Shown piece by piece: positions 52,610-62,168 of a stretch of 64,000 bases of DNA. Each line of letters starts with the position of its first letter. Positions within the stretch are counted from its first letter, which is position 1. Source of the DNA: an uncultured Armatimonadetes bacterium (GTDB taxonomy: Bacteria; Armatimonadota; Hebobacteria; Hebobacterales; Hebobacteraceae); contig OY970296.1 of the NCBI GenBank assembly GCA_963716175.1, positions 64,001 to 128,000 on the forward strand, given 5' to 3'. The notes under the pieces were generated by a model. It was not told the DNA's origin. It did no database searches and worked only from the letters and a program-made list of their open reading frames with translations. Position numbers and translations under genes: made by a program.

Positions 52610-53614
52610 ATGTGCACACGATTAAAGGGCTTCACCCTAATAGAGTTGCTCGTAGTTATCGCGATCATCGCGATTTTGGCGGCGATGCTCTTCCCAGTGT
52701 TCGCCCGAGCGCGGGAATCGGCTCGGAAGATTCAGTGCCTGTCGAACGTGAAGAACATCGCCATGGGGATCCAGATGTACCTGAGCGACTATGACCGACT
52801 GTGGCCCTTCGAGCACAACCAGGAGGCGGTTGGGATCTGGGTCCATGGCGGCGATTGCAGCGACAATGATGCCAGGCGCAATGCCACGTGCGCCAACCCG
52901 TACCTGAGGGAGCCGGTGATCCTGGACGAGTACATCAAGAACCGGGATGTGTGGCGGTGCCCGAGCGCCAGGTTCGAGCGAGGGGCGATCATCATCACGT
53001 CGAGTCTCCCCGGCCGACCGTACTGGCAGGATTGGTTGGACAATTCTGACATCATCGGTTGCCCGCCTGCAATCAACTGCGATGCGGTGGCGTTTCCCCC
53101 CGGGTGGGGCGGCGACGTGACCGACAGTCTGGTTCAGCGGACGTGCGGAGGAGTAGACGGCGGGTTCAAGTGGAGTATCTCCCCGAACTGGTGGATGCAC
53201 GACCTCAAGTCGTCAGCGGTGAACGATCCGTCCAGGTTCGTCGCCACCGGCGAGGGCTTCCGAGGGGCCACGCTGCAGGACGGGAACACACTGGCTTACG
53301 GCGACATCTGCGGAAACAACGAGTGGTACCGGTCCTGCGGCGACCAGCCGAGCTCCGACTGCCCGTGGACCTTCGATTGCCAGTTTGACGGACCCGACCA
53401 GCACTTCCAGTTCTGGGCCGATCCGTCATACCGCAAGACATGGGCTCGTCACATGGGTGGACTGAGCATCGGGTTCCTGGACGGGCACGCACAGTGGTAC
53501 GCTTCGGACGCGGTGCTGGCCCTGTCGCCGGGCGGGCATGGGCCGGATGCGGATCATATGGTCCAAAACCCGAACCCCCACTTCGAGGGAGATCTGTGCG
53601 TGTGTGCTCCCTAG
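52610..53614 (+). CDS. Prepilin-type / H-X9-DG protein P6 (intact)
   Basis: LKG|FTLIELLVV; [15 protein letters not shown]. Confidence 0.92.
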   Translation: MCTRLKGFTLIELLVVIAIIAILAAMLFPVFARARESARKIQCLSNVKNIAMGIQMYLSDYDRLWPFEHNQEAVGIWVHGGDCSDNDARRNATCANPYLREPVILDEYIKNRDVWRCPSARFERGAIIITSSLPGRPYWQDWLDNSDIIGCPPAINCDAVAFPPGWGGDVTDSLVQRTCGGVDGGFKWSISPNWWMHDLKSSAVNDPSRFVATGEGFRGATLQDGNTLAYGDICGNNEWYRSCGDQPSSDCPWTFDCQFDGPDQHFQFWADPSYRKTWARHMGGLSIGFLDGHAQWYASDAVLALSPGGHGPDADHMVQNPNPHFEGDLCVCAP

Positions 53615-53746
53615 CGCGCGAGCCCTGCTCCCCCTGAACCGACCGAGGAGGGTGCCCAATGGACCCTCCTCGGTGTCGTTGGTTCGGCCGCGCGAGCCAA
53701 CCCGCGCGCGTGCCGGCGGGATCGCTTGCGAGGGGAGCGCTCAGGC

Positions 53747-54700
53747 CTAGGGGCCGGCGAAACTCCTCTTTCCCTCGCGATACTGCAGCGGCGTACACCC
53801 ATATGCTCTGCTGAAGACGTGGTGCAGATGACTCGCGTCGGCAAATCCGGTCTGATCAGCAAGGGCCGTGAGCGACAATCCCGTAGTAGACAGCAACCTC
53901 TCCACGTGCCAGAGCCGAACCCGCACGCGGAACTTGTGGAAGCTCACGCCGAACGCGCGCCGGAAGATGCTGTTGAACTCGGTCAGACTCAACCGGCAGG
54001 CCGCCGCCGCCTCGGGCACAGTCAGGCGGCACGCAGGATCGGCGTGGGTAAGATCCACCGCCGGCACCACCCTTGAGAGATCCCCCGCTCGCACCGGGTG
54101 CGGATGAACCGGGAGCTTCGGCCAGGTGTCTCGACTGACCTCCCACAGCAGACGAAGGACGCTGAGCCTTACGGCCACAACCCATCTCGCTCTCCGCTCG
54201 GCTCTTTTGCCACGGCGTGTGCAGGTGGCCGCCAGCCGCGGGGTCGGCGGGCCCGCAAAGGGCCGGACCGTTTCGCTGCAGATCTCCCGGGCTATGGCCA
54301 GCGTGCGCTGGCGCATCTGCGGGGTCGTGACCCGGGGACGTTCCTCCGGCGCCAGGGCGAAAAGCCTGAGCCATGACAGGCCCCCAAAGGTCGCATCACC
54401 GAGAAACTCGGGCAGGAAAAGCAGTGGCAGCAGCTCCGTGTTCGGCACCGTGGTTCTCCAGGTGTGCGGCTCCCACGCCATACAAAGCCAGATATCGCCT
54501 GGTCCTAGGGGAAACACGTGTTGCTCCACTCGCATTTCGTATCGGCCTCCCAGCACGACGCCCACCTCAAAGCACTCGTGTATCTCGGTCGCCGGCGAGG
54601 TTGGAGAGGGGTGGCTTGTCACACCCCCCACGAAAGGCACGTCGGAGCTGACCGTGTACTCGGTTCTCTCAGGAGGCGCGGACGCCACTGCGCCCTCCAC
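53747..54700 (-). CDS. AraC-family transcriptional regulator
   Basis: Cupin (HECFEVG, WEPH) plus tandem HTH (ALADQTGFADASHLHHVF..YGCTP.QYR). Confidence 0.9.
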   Translation of the reverse strand: MEGAVASAPPERTEYTVSSDVPFVGGVTSHPSPTSPATEIHECFEVGVVLGGRYEMRVEQHVFPLGPGDIWLCMAWEPHTWRTTVPNTELLPLLFLPEFLGDATFGGLSWLRLFALAPEERPRVTTPQMRQRTLAIAREICSETVRPFAGPPTPRLAATCTRRGKRAERRARWVVAVRLSVLRLLWEVSRDTWPKLPVHPHPVRAGDLSRVVPAVDLTHADPACRLTVPEAAAACRLSLTEFNSIFRRAFGVSFHKFRVRVRLWHVERLLSTTGLSLTALADQTGFADASHLHHVFSRAYGCTPLQYREGKRSFAGP

Positions 54701-54719
54701 TTCACGCCAGGTTCAGCCG

Positions 54720-54779
54720 AATCTACAATGATTCATCAGTTCTGTCCAATGACGCATCAGACCTGCCATGCTACACTCG
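54720..54779 (+). promoter_or_regulatory. Activator-dependent promoter of the GH2-like/DUF6785 operon
   Basis: Same motif as 52358-52417; divergent from araC. Confidence 0.7.
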
Positions 54780-54796
54780 TGCTGAGTGAGGGAGCA

Positions 54797-57700
54797 ATGA
54801 TGAGCATCGCGCCTGTGGGATTCGCCTTCTGCCTGGTGGCCGTATACCTTCTCGGCGGCAGCATCAACGCCGTTGCCTCGGAAGCTGGCCGGCCCGCCGG
54901 CGGCAGCGACTGGGAGCTGCCGGCCGCGTACCTCCGCGACAACGGCTTCCGTGGGGAGGTGATTCTCAACGGCTTCTGGGCAGGGCGCGTCCAGGGTGAA
55001 TCCCGGGGCTTCGCCAGAGTCCGCGTGCCTGATGCCGGAGAGTCCGCAAGGACCCCGCGAGAGTACTACCGTGATTTTCGTTTGCCGAAAGGATGGGAGA
55101 GTCGCCGGGTGGTGCTGGAGATTGGCGGTTTCTCCCTGGACGGTGCGGTCACGCTCGATGGCAGGCCCATCCTGCAAGTGCCACAAGGCATGCGGTTCCT
55201 GGAGGTGGAGCTGCCGATCAAGCAGACTCCCGAGGCAACCTACCGGCTCGGGGTGACCACCGGCCTGATAAACGGCGATGTGTGGCTGCGGAGCTCGCCC
55301 AGGCCGGCTGCGGTGATCGACGACAGCTTCCTGACGACCTCCTACCGCCAGCGAGAGGTGCACGTGCGTCTTTCCGGAAGCGCTCCGGCGGGATCTCAGT
55401 TGCGCACGGTCGTCCACATCTATGCCGATCCTGCGGCCCAGCAGCTAGTGAAGTGCGTCGCCGGAGACCGGCCCGTCGTCGCGGACGAGACTGGCCATTG
55501 GCAGACCGACCTGTCCGCGCTCTGGCCAGAGGCCAGGCTATGGTCGCGCTGGCATCCCAATCTCTATTGGTACACCGTTGATTTGACAGCCGGGAGCGGA
55601 GGAGTCGTCGACAAGCTGCTCCCGCGCTCGTTCGGGTTCCGCGAAGTCTGGCTTGAAGATGGGCAGCTGTACCTGAACGGAATCCCGCTGAACTGTACCA
55701 GCGACAGCTGGCCGGTGTCGCTGGGGGGCCGCAATGTGATGCGTGAGCAGGCGGCAATGGTGGTCGCCAACGCCAAGAAGATCGGATTCACCTGGGGATG
55801 GCAGTTTCGATTGGAGGGCGACACGTTTTTCGATGTGGCCGACCGGCAGGGGATGCTGGTCATGCGGGATGCCGGACGCCTGATGAAGAGCTTCTTCGAC
55901 CCAGACGTGCCGGAAAAGGACGCAGCGGCGCGCGCGGCAGAGATCACCCGGGTGGTGCGGCACTGGCGCGAGCATCCTTCTCTCGTACTGTGGTGGTCGG
56001 ACGCGCCCTATAGCACCGGGGACACGCTTTACTCCGGTCTGGTTGGGAAGGTCTCCGACCCGTGGAACTACTTCCCGGGCAATCGCGACCCCGAGAAGAC
56101 GCGGGGCGCTCACCTGATGTTCAAGCGAGTGGCGGATCTCATTTCATCGCTCGACCCGACTCGACCGGTCGCGACCCAAAGCGGTCCCTACAGCCCAATC
56201 GAGGGCTGCACCCGCTACCTCTGCTACAACCTGGATCTCCAGGAGCGGGAGGAGTTCTTCGACTACTGGTTCCGGAGCGGAAGACCCAAGGCACTCTGGA
56301 TCTCCGAGTTCGGCGTTCCCTTCCAGAGCTTCTACTTCATCCGCAGGGAAGCGCACCAGATGCCCGATGGGAACGGCCGCCTGCCCACGATCTACGTGGA
56401 AGCCGCAGCGCGGCTCTTTGGCGACCAGGTCTACCTTGACGTGCCGGATGACACCCTGAAGCTCTGGCCGGAGACCCAGTACATGACGGCCCTGGATCAC
56501 ATCCCATCCCCTATCTTCCAGCGCCTGGTGGCAGAGCAGGTGTCGGGTATCTGGCGGTCATGGCGCACCTATGGGCTCTCGGCGGCCGCGCATTTCGTGC
56601 TGGTGGATGGGTTCATGCCGATAGTGAACAGACCGCCAGGGGAGCGGTACGGCGTCAATGAGGAAGCCGACGCTCGCCGTCCGGGCTACAGCCGGGTGGT
56701 CGCGCCGGATGAGGCCCACGCTTCCCCCCTACTGGGGGTGGATGAGATCCTGCCCGCCGGCAAGGCCTATCTGCGCAGTGTCAGTCCTCTGCTGGCCTAC
56801 CTCGGGGGGCCTGACACTCACTTCACCAACAAGGACCACCTCTACTACGCCGGCGCTCCGGTGCGAAAATCGGTGATCGTCCTCAACGACTACGACGACC
56901 CGGCGGTGTTGGATGGCCAGTGGCAGTTGCTCGACAGCGCAGGAAAGGTCGTGCTGTCCGGGCCAGTCAAGGGGACGGTCGGACCAGGGCAACGGGCCTT
57001 GACTCAATTCCCGATTGAGTTCGCGGCCCCGTCCGTGGCCGAGCGCAGGGACTATACCCTGGTCCTCAATCTGAATGCCAATCTGCCAGGGACGCTCGAC
57101 GACCGGTTTGCCATCACCGTGTTCCCGCCCCACCAGCCGAAGCCGCTGCCATTCGCGGGCACGGTCTGGCGGCTCAATGTGAGCTATGACCGGTCGGGAG
57201 ACCACAAGCATTTCGAATGGAACGATGAGACGGAACGCTTCCTGAAGGCGGCCGGGGTGCAGTGCCGGCTAGTGCCAGGCCTCAAGCAGTTCCCGCGGAC
57301 TCCGGCAGGGAGTGACGAGGCGGCGAAGCCGGGCGCGAGCTCCTCGCCGCAGCCGGGCGACCTGCTGATCCTCCCGCGCCGGTATCTGTCGGCAGGCCAG
57401 GACGAATCGCAGCTCAACTCCCGCCTGCTGCAGGAACTCGACATCGACCGGCTGATCGAACAGGGGCTGCGGGTGATCGTCTTCGAGCAGGATACGCCGA
57501 ATCTCTTCGGCCTGACCACCGAAGATGTGCGTCCCCGCCAGGTTTTCATGACGGCCGCAGGGCACCCGGTCTTCGCGGGGTTGCAGCCTAGTGACCTGAC
57601 CAACTGGACGGGGGAGAGCGACCTGCAGCCTGCAATGTCGCCGATCACTATGAGCGAGAAGGAGTTCCCTGATAGGATTGCGCACGTCAGCAACACGAAC

Positions 57701-58384
57701 GCGGTAGCCAGCCGCACGCTCGTCCGCCCGCAGGTGGGCGCCTGTCGCGCGCTGGCGGTGAGCGGCTTCGACCTGGCAGAGTCTCCCCTACTGGAGGTCA
57801 CGCGGGGCAAAGGTCGCATCCTGTTCTGCCAGCTGGACGTCTCCAACCGGTATGGCCTCGATCCGGCGGCCACCCGACTGGTAGACAACCTGTTCCAGTA
57901 TATGACGAGCGTCGCTGAGCCCAGCCTAGACAAGTCGGCGGTGGCCCACCTGCCGGTGGACGGGACGACGGTGGTCGCCCGCAAACAGGTCTTCCGTGCA
58001 GCCAAGCCTCCCGGCGCTGATGGATGGGGGATCACGCAGGGGGAGCTGTTCTTCCGCGAGTCCATCTACCAGAACAACTGGATCACGGAGAAGCTGCCGG
58101 ATGTCGCGGTGCCTGTGCTGGCGTCCTCGCCGCAGGGGGGACTGCCGCAGGTGGTACGGCGGGATGGGGCGACAGGGCTGTACCAACTGACCCTGGACGA
58201 GGCGAGCTTCACAACAGGCTGGGGTAAGCGCAAAGTGGCCTGGCTGCGCAGCGCTCTCATCGTTAACCAGGGAGGCAGTCTACTGGAGGGGCCGGCCTTC
58301 AAGTACCAGGGCGACTCGATCCGCCTATACCCCCATGTCTGGCTGGAGGACTTCGTCGATCCGTACCTGGCTGACATGATCTGA
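54797..58384 (+). CDS. Large secreted GH2-like glycoside hydrolase
   Basis: Signal peptide, LW...HPNLY, FGFREV..DGQLYLNG, ADRQGMLV, EHPSLVLW, ISEFG. Confidence 0.75.
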   Translation: MMSIAPVGFAFCLVAVYLLGGSINAVASEAGRPAGGSDWELPAAYLRDNGFRGEVILNGFWAGRVQGESRGFARVRVPDAGESARTPREYYRDFRLPKGWESRRVVLEIGGFSLDGAVTLDGRPILQVPQGMRFLEVELPIKQTPEATYRLGVTTGLINGDVWLRSSPRPAAVIDDSFLTTSYRQREVHVRLSGSAPAGSQLRTVVHIYADPAAQQLVKCVAGDRPVVADETGHWQTDLSALWPEARLWSRWHPNLYWYTVDLTAGSGGVVDKLLPRSFGFREVWLEDGQLYLNGIPLNCTSDSWPVSLGGRNVMREQAAMVVANAKKIGFTWGWQFRLEGDTFFDVADRQGMLVMRDAGRLMKSFFDPDVPEKDAAARAAEITRVVRHWREHPSLVLWWSDAPYSTGDTLYSGLVGKVSDPWNYFPGNRDPEKTRGAHLMFKRVADLISSLDPTRPVATQSGPYSPIEGCTRYLCYNLDLQEREEFFDYWFRSGRPKALWISEFGVPFQSFYFIRREAHQMPDGNGRLPTIYVEAAARLFGDQVYLDVPDDTLKLWPETQYMTALDHIPSPIFQRLVAEQVSGIWRSWRTYGLSAAAHFVLVDGFMPIVNRPPGERYGVNEEADARRPGYSRVVAPDEAHASPLLGVDEILPAGKAYLRSVSPLLAYLGGPDTHFTNKDHLYYAGAPVRKSVIVLNDYDDPAVLDGQWQLLDSAGKVVLSGPVKGTVGPGQRALTQFPIEFAAPSVAERRDYTLVLNLNANLPGTLDDRFAITVFPPHQPKPLPFAGTVWRLNVSYDRSGDHKHFEWNDETERFLKAAGVQCRLVPGLKQFPRTPAGSDEAAKPGASSSPQPGDLLILPRRYLSAGQDESQLNSRLLQELDIDRLIEQGLRVIVFEQDTPNLFGLTTEDVRPRQVFMTAAGHPVFAGLQPSDLTNWTGESDLQPAMSPITMSEKEFPDRIAHVSNTNAVASRTLVRPQVGACRALAVSGFDLAESPLLEVTRGKGRILFCQLDVSNRYGLDPAATRLVDNLFQYMTSVAEPSLDKSAVAHLPVDGTTVVARKQVFRAAKPPGADGWGITQGELFFRESIYQNNWITEKLPDVAVPVLASSPQGGLPQVVRRDGATGLYQLTLDEASFTTGWGKRKVAWLRSALIVNQGGSLLEGPAFKYQGDSIRLYPHVWLEDFVDPYLADMI

Positions 58385-58453
58385 GCATCCTCGCGCCGGC
58401 CGGCGGCACCACCACGGCCGGCGCATGACGACGGCGTGCGGGCAAAGGCAGGA

Positions 58454-60460
58454 ATGGCGCGGCGGGATTCCGGGCTTGAAGATAGCGGTGCTGCAGTCGC
58501 GCCGGCTTCCGCGCCGGGCGTGGCGCTTGGCCTGCCGCGACTGCCGGTCTGGCGGGGGTTCGCCGCCGGTCTGCTCTTGCTGGCGCCCAACTCGCTCTGG
58601 GTCTACTACATGGAGGGGATGACGGGGCACGGTCCGTACGTCTCCACCATCTCGCTGTTCCTCAATGTCGTGTTCATCATCGCCGTCTGCGGTGCGCTGA
58701 ACTCGCTCGCGCGAAGACTGCGGCCCGGGCTGGCGCTGAACCGCGCCGAACTCATCATCGCCTACGTGATACTGACCATCAACACCTCTATCGTCGGGCA
58801 TGACCTGATGCAGGTGCTGTTCCCGGTGATGACGGCGGGCTACTGGCTGGCGAACCCTCAGAACCGATGGGGCGATATGCTGACCGCGACGACGCCGAGC
58901 TGGCTCGGCGTCTCGGACAGGGAGGTCCTGTACGGCTACTACAGCGGCTCATCCACCATGTACCAGGCGGCGGTGATCAGGGCCTGGCTTGGACCGGCCC
59001 TGTGGTGGAGCGGCTTCGTGCTGGTGCTGGTCTCCGCCATGGTGTGCATGGCAGTGCTGGTGAGGCCTCTCTGGGCCGAGCGGGAGCGCCTGACCTTCCC
59101 GATCATCCAACTGCCCCTCGAGCTCACAAACCCGGAGAGCAGCCTGCTGAGAAGTCGCTTGCTCTGGATCGGGGTTGCGGTGGCCGGGGGCATCGATACG
59201 GTGAATGCTCTCAACACGGTCTATCCCTCTATCCCGGCGATTCCGGTCAGCTTCGATCTGATGACCTACATAAAGGATCCTCCGTGGAGCGGTATCGGCT
59301 GGCTGCCGGTCACCTTCCACCCCTTCCTGATCGGTCTGTCTTTCCTGATGCCGCTCGACCTGAGCTTCTCCTGCGTGTTCTTCTTCTTCTGGTGGAAACT
59401 GCTCTACGTGATCGCGACCGCGACGGGGATAAGCACCGGCTACGCCGGGGACATGTCTGAGGCGATCTTCCCCTGGAAGAACGAGCAGATGTTCGGCGGC
59501 TTCATCGCCATCACACTCAGCTCGCTTCTGATCGGGAGACACTACTTCGGGCACGTCTGGCGCCGCATTGTGAGCGGGATGGGTGAGGTGGACGACGCCC
59601 GGGAAGGGTTGCGGTTCCGCACCGCGGCGGTGGGCCTGGTGGTCTGTATCCTCCTGTTGGTGGCCTTCAGCGTCCACGGGGGGATGTCCCCGTGGCTGGC
59701 CGTCACCTTTTTTGCGCTATACTACGCCCTCGCCACCGCGGTGGCGAGGGTGCGCGCCGAGCTCGGGGCTCCGGTGCATGATTTCCACTTCACCGGGCCG
59801 GACTATGCACTTGCACACATGCTCGGCACCGGCAACCTGCGGGCGCGTGACCTGGGGATGCTTGGGCAGTACTTCTGGTTCAACCGGGCCTACCGGGGGC
59901 ACCCCATCGCGGGTTCGCTGGAGGGGCTGCAGATGGCGGCGCGCGCCGGGATGTCGCCGCGCCCCATTGTGGCCGCCGTGCTGGTGGCGGTCCTGCTATC
60001 GCTGGCAGCCGGCTTTTGGATCCGGCTTCACCTCTCCTACCAGGTCGGCACGAACATGCTGTTCATCTCGACCGGCGACTGGTTCGGGGTGGAGACCTAC
60101 AACCGGCTTCAGTCCTGGACGGAGAGCCCCAAGCCGATGAACCTGGCGGCGGCCGGCGCGATGGGCGCCGGACTCGTGACCACCCTCCTGCTGGCGGCGG
60201 CACGCACTACCTTCGTAGGCTGGCCGCTGCACCCGGTAGCGTATGCGCTTTCGGCGAGTTGGGAGATCCACCTGGTGTGGATGCCGATGCTCATCGCGTG
60301 GCTGGCCAAACTGGCCATCACCCGCTACGGCGGACTACGTCTCTACCACCAGGCGCTGCCTTTCTTCTTCGGGCTCATCTTGGGCGAATCTCTCGTGGGC
60401 TGTCTGTGGGTGCTGATCGGGCTGGTTCTCAAGCTCCCGAGCTACAGCTTCTTCACGTAG
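58454..60460 (+). CDS. DUF6785/DUF6784-like polytopic membrane protein (putative transporter)
   Basis: ERERLTFPIIQLP, RVRAELGAP, GWPLHPVAY, FFFGLILGE. Confidence 0.7.
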   Translation: MARRDSGLEDSGAAVAPASAPGVALGLPRLPVWRGFAAGLLLLAPNSLWVYYMEGMTGHGPYVSTISLFLNVVFIIAVCGALNSLARRLRPGLALNRAELIIAYVILTINTSIVGHDLMQVLFPVMTAGYWLANPQNRWGDMLTATTPSWLGVSDREVLYGYYSGSSTMYQAAVIRAWLGPALWWSGFVLVLVSAMVCMAVLVRPLWAERERLTFPIIQLPLELTNPESSLLRSRLLWIGVAVAGGIDTVNALNTVYPSIPAIPVSFDLMTYIKDPPWSGIGWLPVTFHPFLIGLSFLMPLDLSFSCVFFFFWWKLLYVIATATGISTGYAGDMSEAIFPWKNEQMFGGFIAITLSSLLIGRHYFGHVWRRIVSGMGEVDDAREGLRFRTAAVGLVVCILLLVAFSVHGGMSPWLAVTFFALYYALATAVARVRAELGAPVHDFHFTGPDYALAHMLGTGNLRARDLGMLGQYFWFNRAYRGHPIAGSLEGLQMAARAGMSPRPIVAAVLVAVLLSLAAGFWIRLHLSYQVGTNMLFISTGDWFGVETYNRLQSWTESPKPMNLAAAGAMGAGLVTTLLLAAARTTFVGWPLHPVAYALSASWEIHLVWMPMLIAWLAKLAITRYGGLRLYHQALPFFFGLILGESLVGCLWVLIGLVLKLPSYSFFT

Positions 60461-60559
60461 TCCCCCGAACCGACGATAGAATGCGCGATGCCAGCGCCGA
60501 TAGGGACATGTCTCATCAGAGACCACGAGATGGTCGTCGGGAAACTGCACGGGGAGAGT

Positions 60560-62103
60560 CTTGACACGCCAAATGGCTATGCTAAGTGAGCGGGTTCCGT
60601 GCAGGGCGGAGGGGTTGTCGCCGGACCTGCCTTCGACTAGCCTGAGAAGGCAGGGGGCCGAGGTAGGGCTGCCTATAAGATGCGCTCCGGTACACCGGAG
60701 TCGCTCCGCCCGAATTGCCACCTCGGCCCGCCCTCCCGTTTGCCTGATTGGCCATTTGCGCTCCGGTTCTGGAGTCGCTGAGAGAATCGTGGACCAGCGG
60801 GAAGACCTGCCCATCTTGGCACGGAGGAGGCGGCGATGGAAGCGGATGTGATCTGGGTGGGAGTCGACGTAGGGCGCTACACCCATGCGCTCTGTGGGAT
60901 TGACGCATCAGGGGCAATCGTGTGGGAGCGGCAACGGGTTCCCAACCCCACTTGGGCAATGCGCCGCGCGTTCGAGAAGCTGAGCCGCTTCGCCAAGGGC
61001 CGACCACTGCGCTTTGCGACCGAAGAGCCCGCTGGCAATGCCTCTGCACTGCTTCGTCTGCTGGCGGCAGCTGGCGAAGCCGTCTACCTCGCTCAGCCAC
61101 TCCGAGTGTATCGGTTTCACCTTGCCCTGGGGCAGCCCCACAAGACAGACCCCTATGATGCTCAGGTGATCGCCGAGTTCGCCCGCCAGAATGCCTCCAA
61201 GCTGCCCCCCGTTCGGCTTGGTACACCAGCTACGCAGGCCCTGCGCGTGCTCTCCCGGCGGGCCGAGGCCCTGAGCAAGGATCTGCGGCGCTGCGTCAAC
61301 CGGCTTCGTGGTGTGCTTGCTGAGTATGCACCCGAGTGGCTTGCCTGTAAGGTGTTCAGGGACTGGTCCAGTGGGGCGGCCTTGGGGACGCTGGAGCGTT
61401 ACGGGCGGATCTCAAAGCTGCGTCGAGCCCGCGTCAGCTCACTTGCCAAGGCCCTCTCCCAGTGGACGCAAGGACGCTACGGCGAAGCCCAGGCTCGCGC
61501 GCTCATCGCAGCCTTCGCGGAAGTCTCTCTCCCTGCGCAGTTGGAAGCAGCCCACTCTCAGGTGATCTGCTCTCTCGTCTCCCAGATTCGCGGTCTGATC
61601 GCGGAGAGAGGGCAATTGCGCGCGCGCGTCGCGGCGGAGGGCGAATCCCTGCCCGCGGTGGCAGTGCTCCAGTCCGAATTCGGCTACGGTCCGGAAACAG
61701 CCGCCGTCATCGTTTCCGAGGTCGGTGACATGGCCGACTTCCCCAGAGAAGCAGCTTTCGCTACCTACTGTGGGGTGACTCCGCTCAAACGCAGGTCTGG
61801 GGTCTCCCGCGGCTCTGCACGCCTCTCGCGCTTCACGAGCAAACGGCTGCTGCGAGCCGTTACGCAGGCGGCGCTGACAGCTGCGACCCACCACGCAGAG
61901 TCCCGACTCTACTACCAGAAGAAGCTGGCCGGCCGATCCGATCCGCGCACCAAGACGCTCGCCCTCATCGCGCTCGCGCGGCATCGCGCCCGGCGGCTCT
62001 ACAAGGTACTGCGACGTGCGTCGTTACCGTCGGCGGAGGTCGCCGCGTAACGTGAGCAAGACCGCGTTGAGACAACTCTTGACTAAACAGAGAGTCTTAT
62101 AGG
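60560..62103 (+). mobile_element. IS110-family element (boundaries approximate)
   Basis: Transposase plus ~270-nt structured left non-coding region; TTGACT at the short right end. Confidence 0.7.
60836..62050 (+). CDS. IS110 family transposase/recombinase (DEDD RuvC-like + Tnp20)
   Basis: VGVDVG, TEEP, KTDPYDA, GYGPETAA..SEVGD..F....FATYCGVTP..RSG. Confidence 0.93.
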   Translation: MEADVIWVGVDVGRYTHALCGIDASGAIVWERQRVPNPTWAMRRAFEKLSRFAKGRPLRFATEEPAGNASALLRLLAAAGEAVYLAQPLRVYRFHLALGQPHKTDPYDAQVIAEFARQNASKLPPVRLGTPATQALRVLSRRAEALSKDLRRCVNRLRGVLAEYAPEWLACKVFRDWSSGAALGTLERYGRISKLRRARVSSLAKALSQWTQGRYGEAQARALIAAFAEVSLPAQLEAAHSQVICSLVSQIRGLIAERGQLRARVAAEGESLPAVAVLQSEFGYGPETAAVIVSEVGDMADFPREAAFATYCGVTPLKRRSGVSRGSARLSRFTSKRLLRAVTQAALTAATHHAESRLYYQKKLAGRSDPRTKTLALIALARHRARRLYKVLRRASLPSAEVAA

Positions 62104-62126
62104 GACACCCACAACCGGTCCTGGGC

Positions 62127-62165
62127 TTGACATTCGCCGGCGGCTGGTGTATAAGCAGCTGATAT
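62127..62165 (+). promoter_or_regulatory. padR promoter with putative operator
   Basis: TTGACA-17-TATAAG; the operator-like 17-mer recurs inverted at 63235-63251. Confidence 0.6.
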
Positions 62166-62168
62166 TCC

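Noticed and set aside
14026-53614. Diversity-generating retroelement driving pilin variability
   Set aside because: No reverse transcriptase and no near-identical TR/VR pair differing only at adenines in the window; variation includes indels
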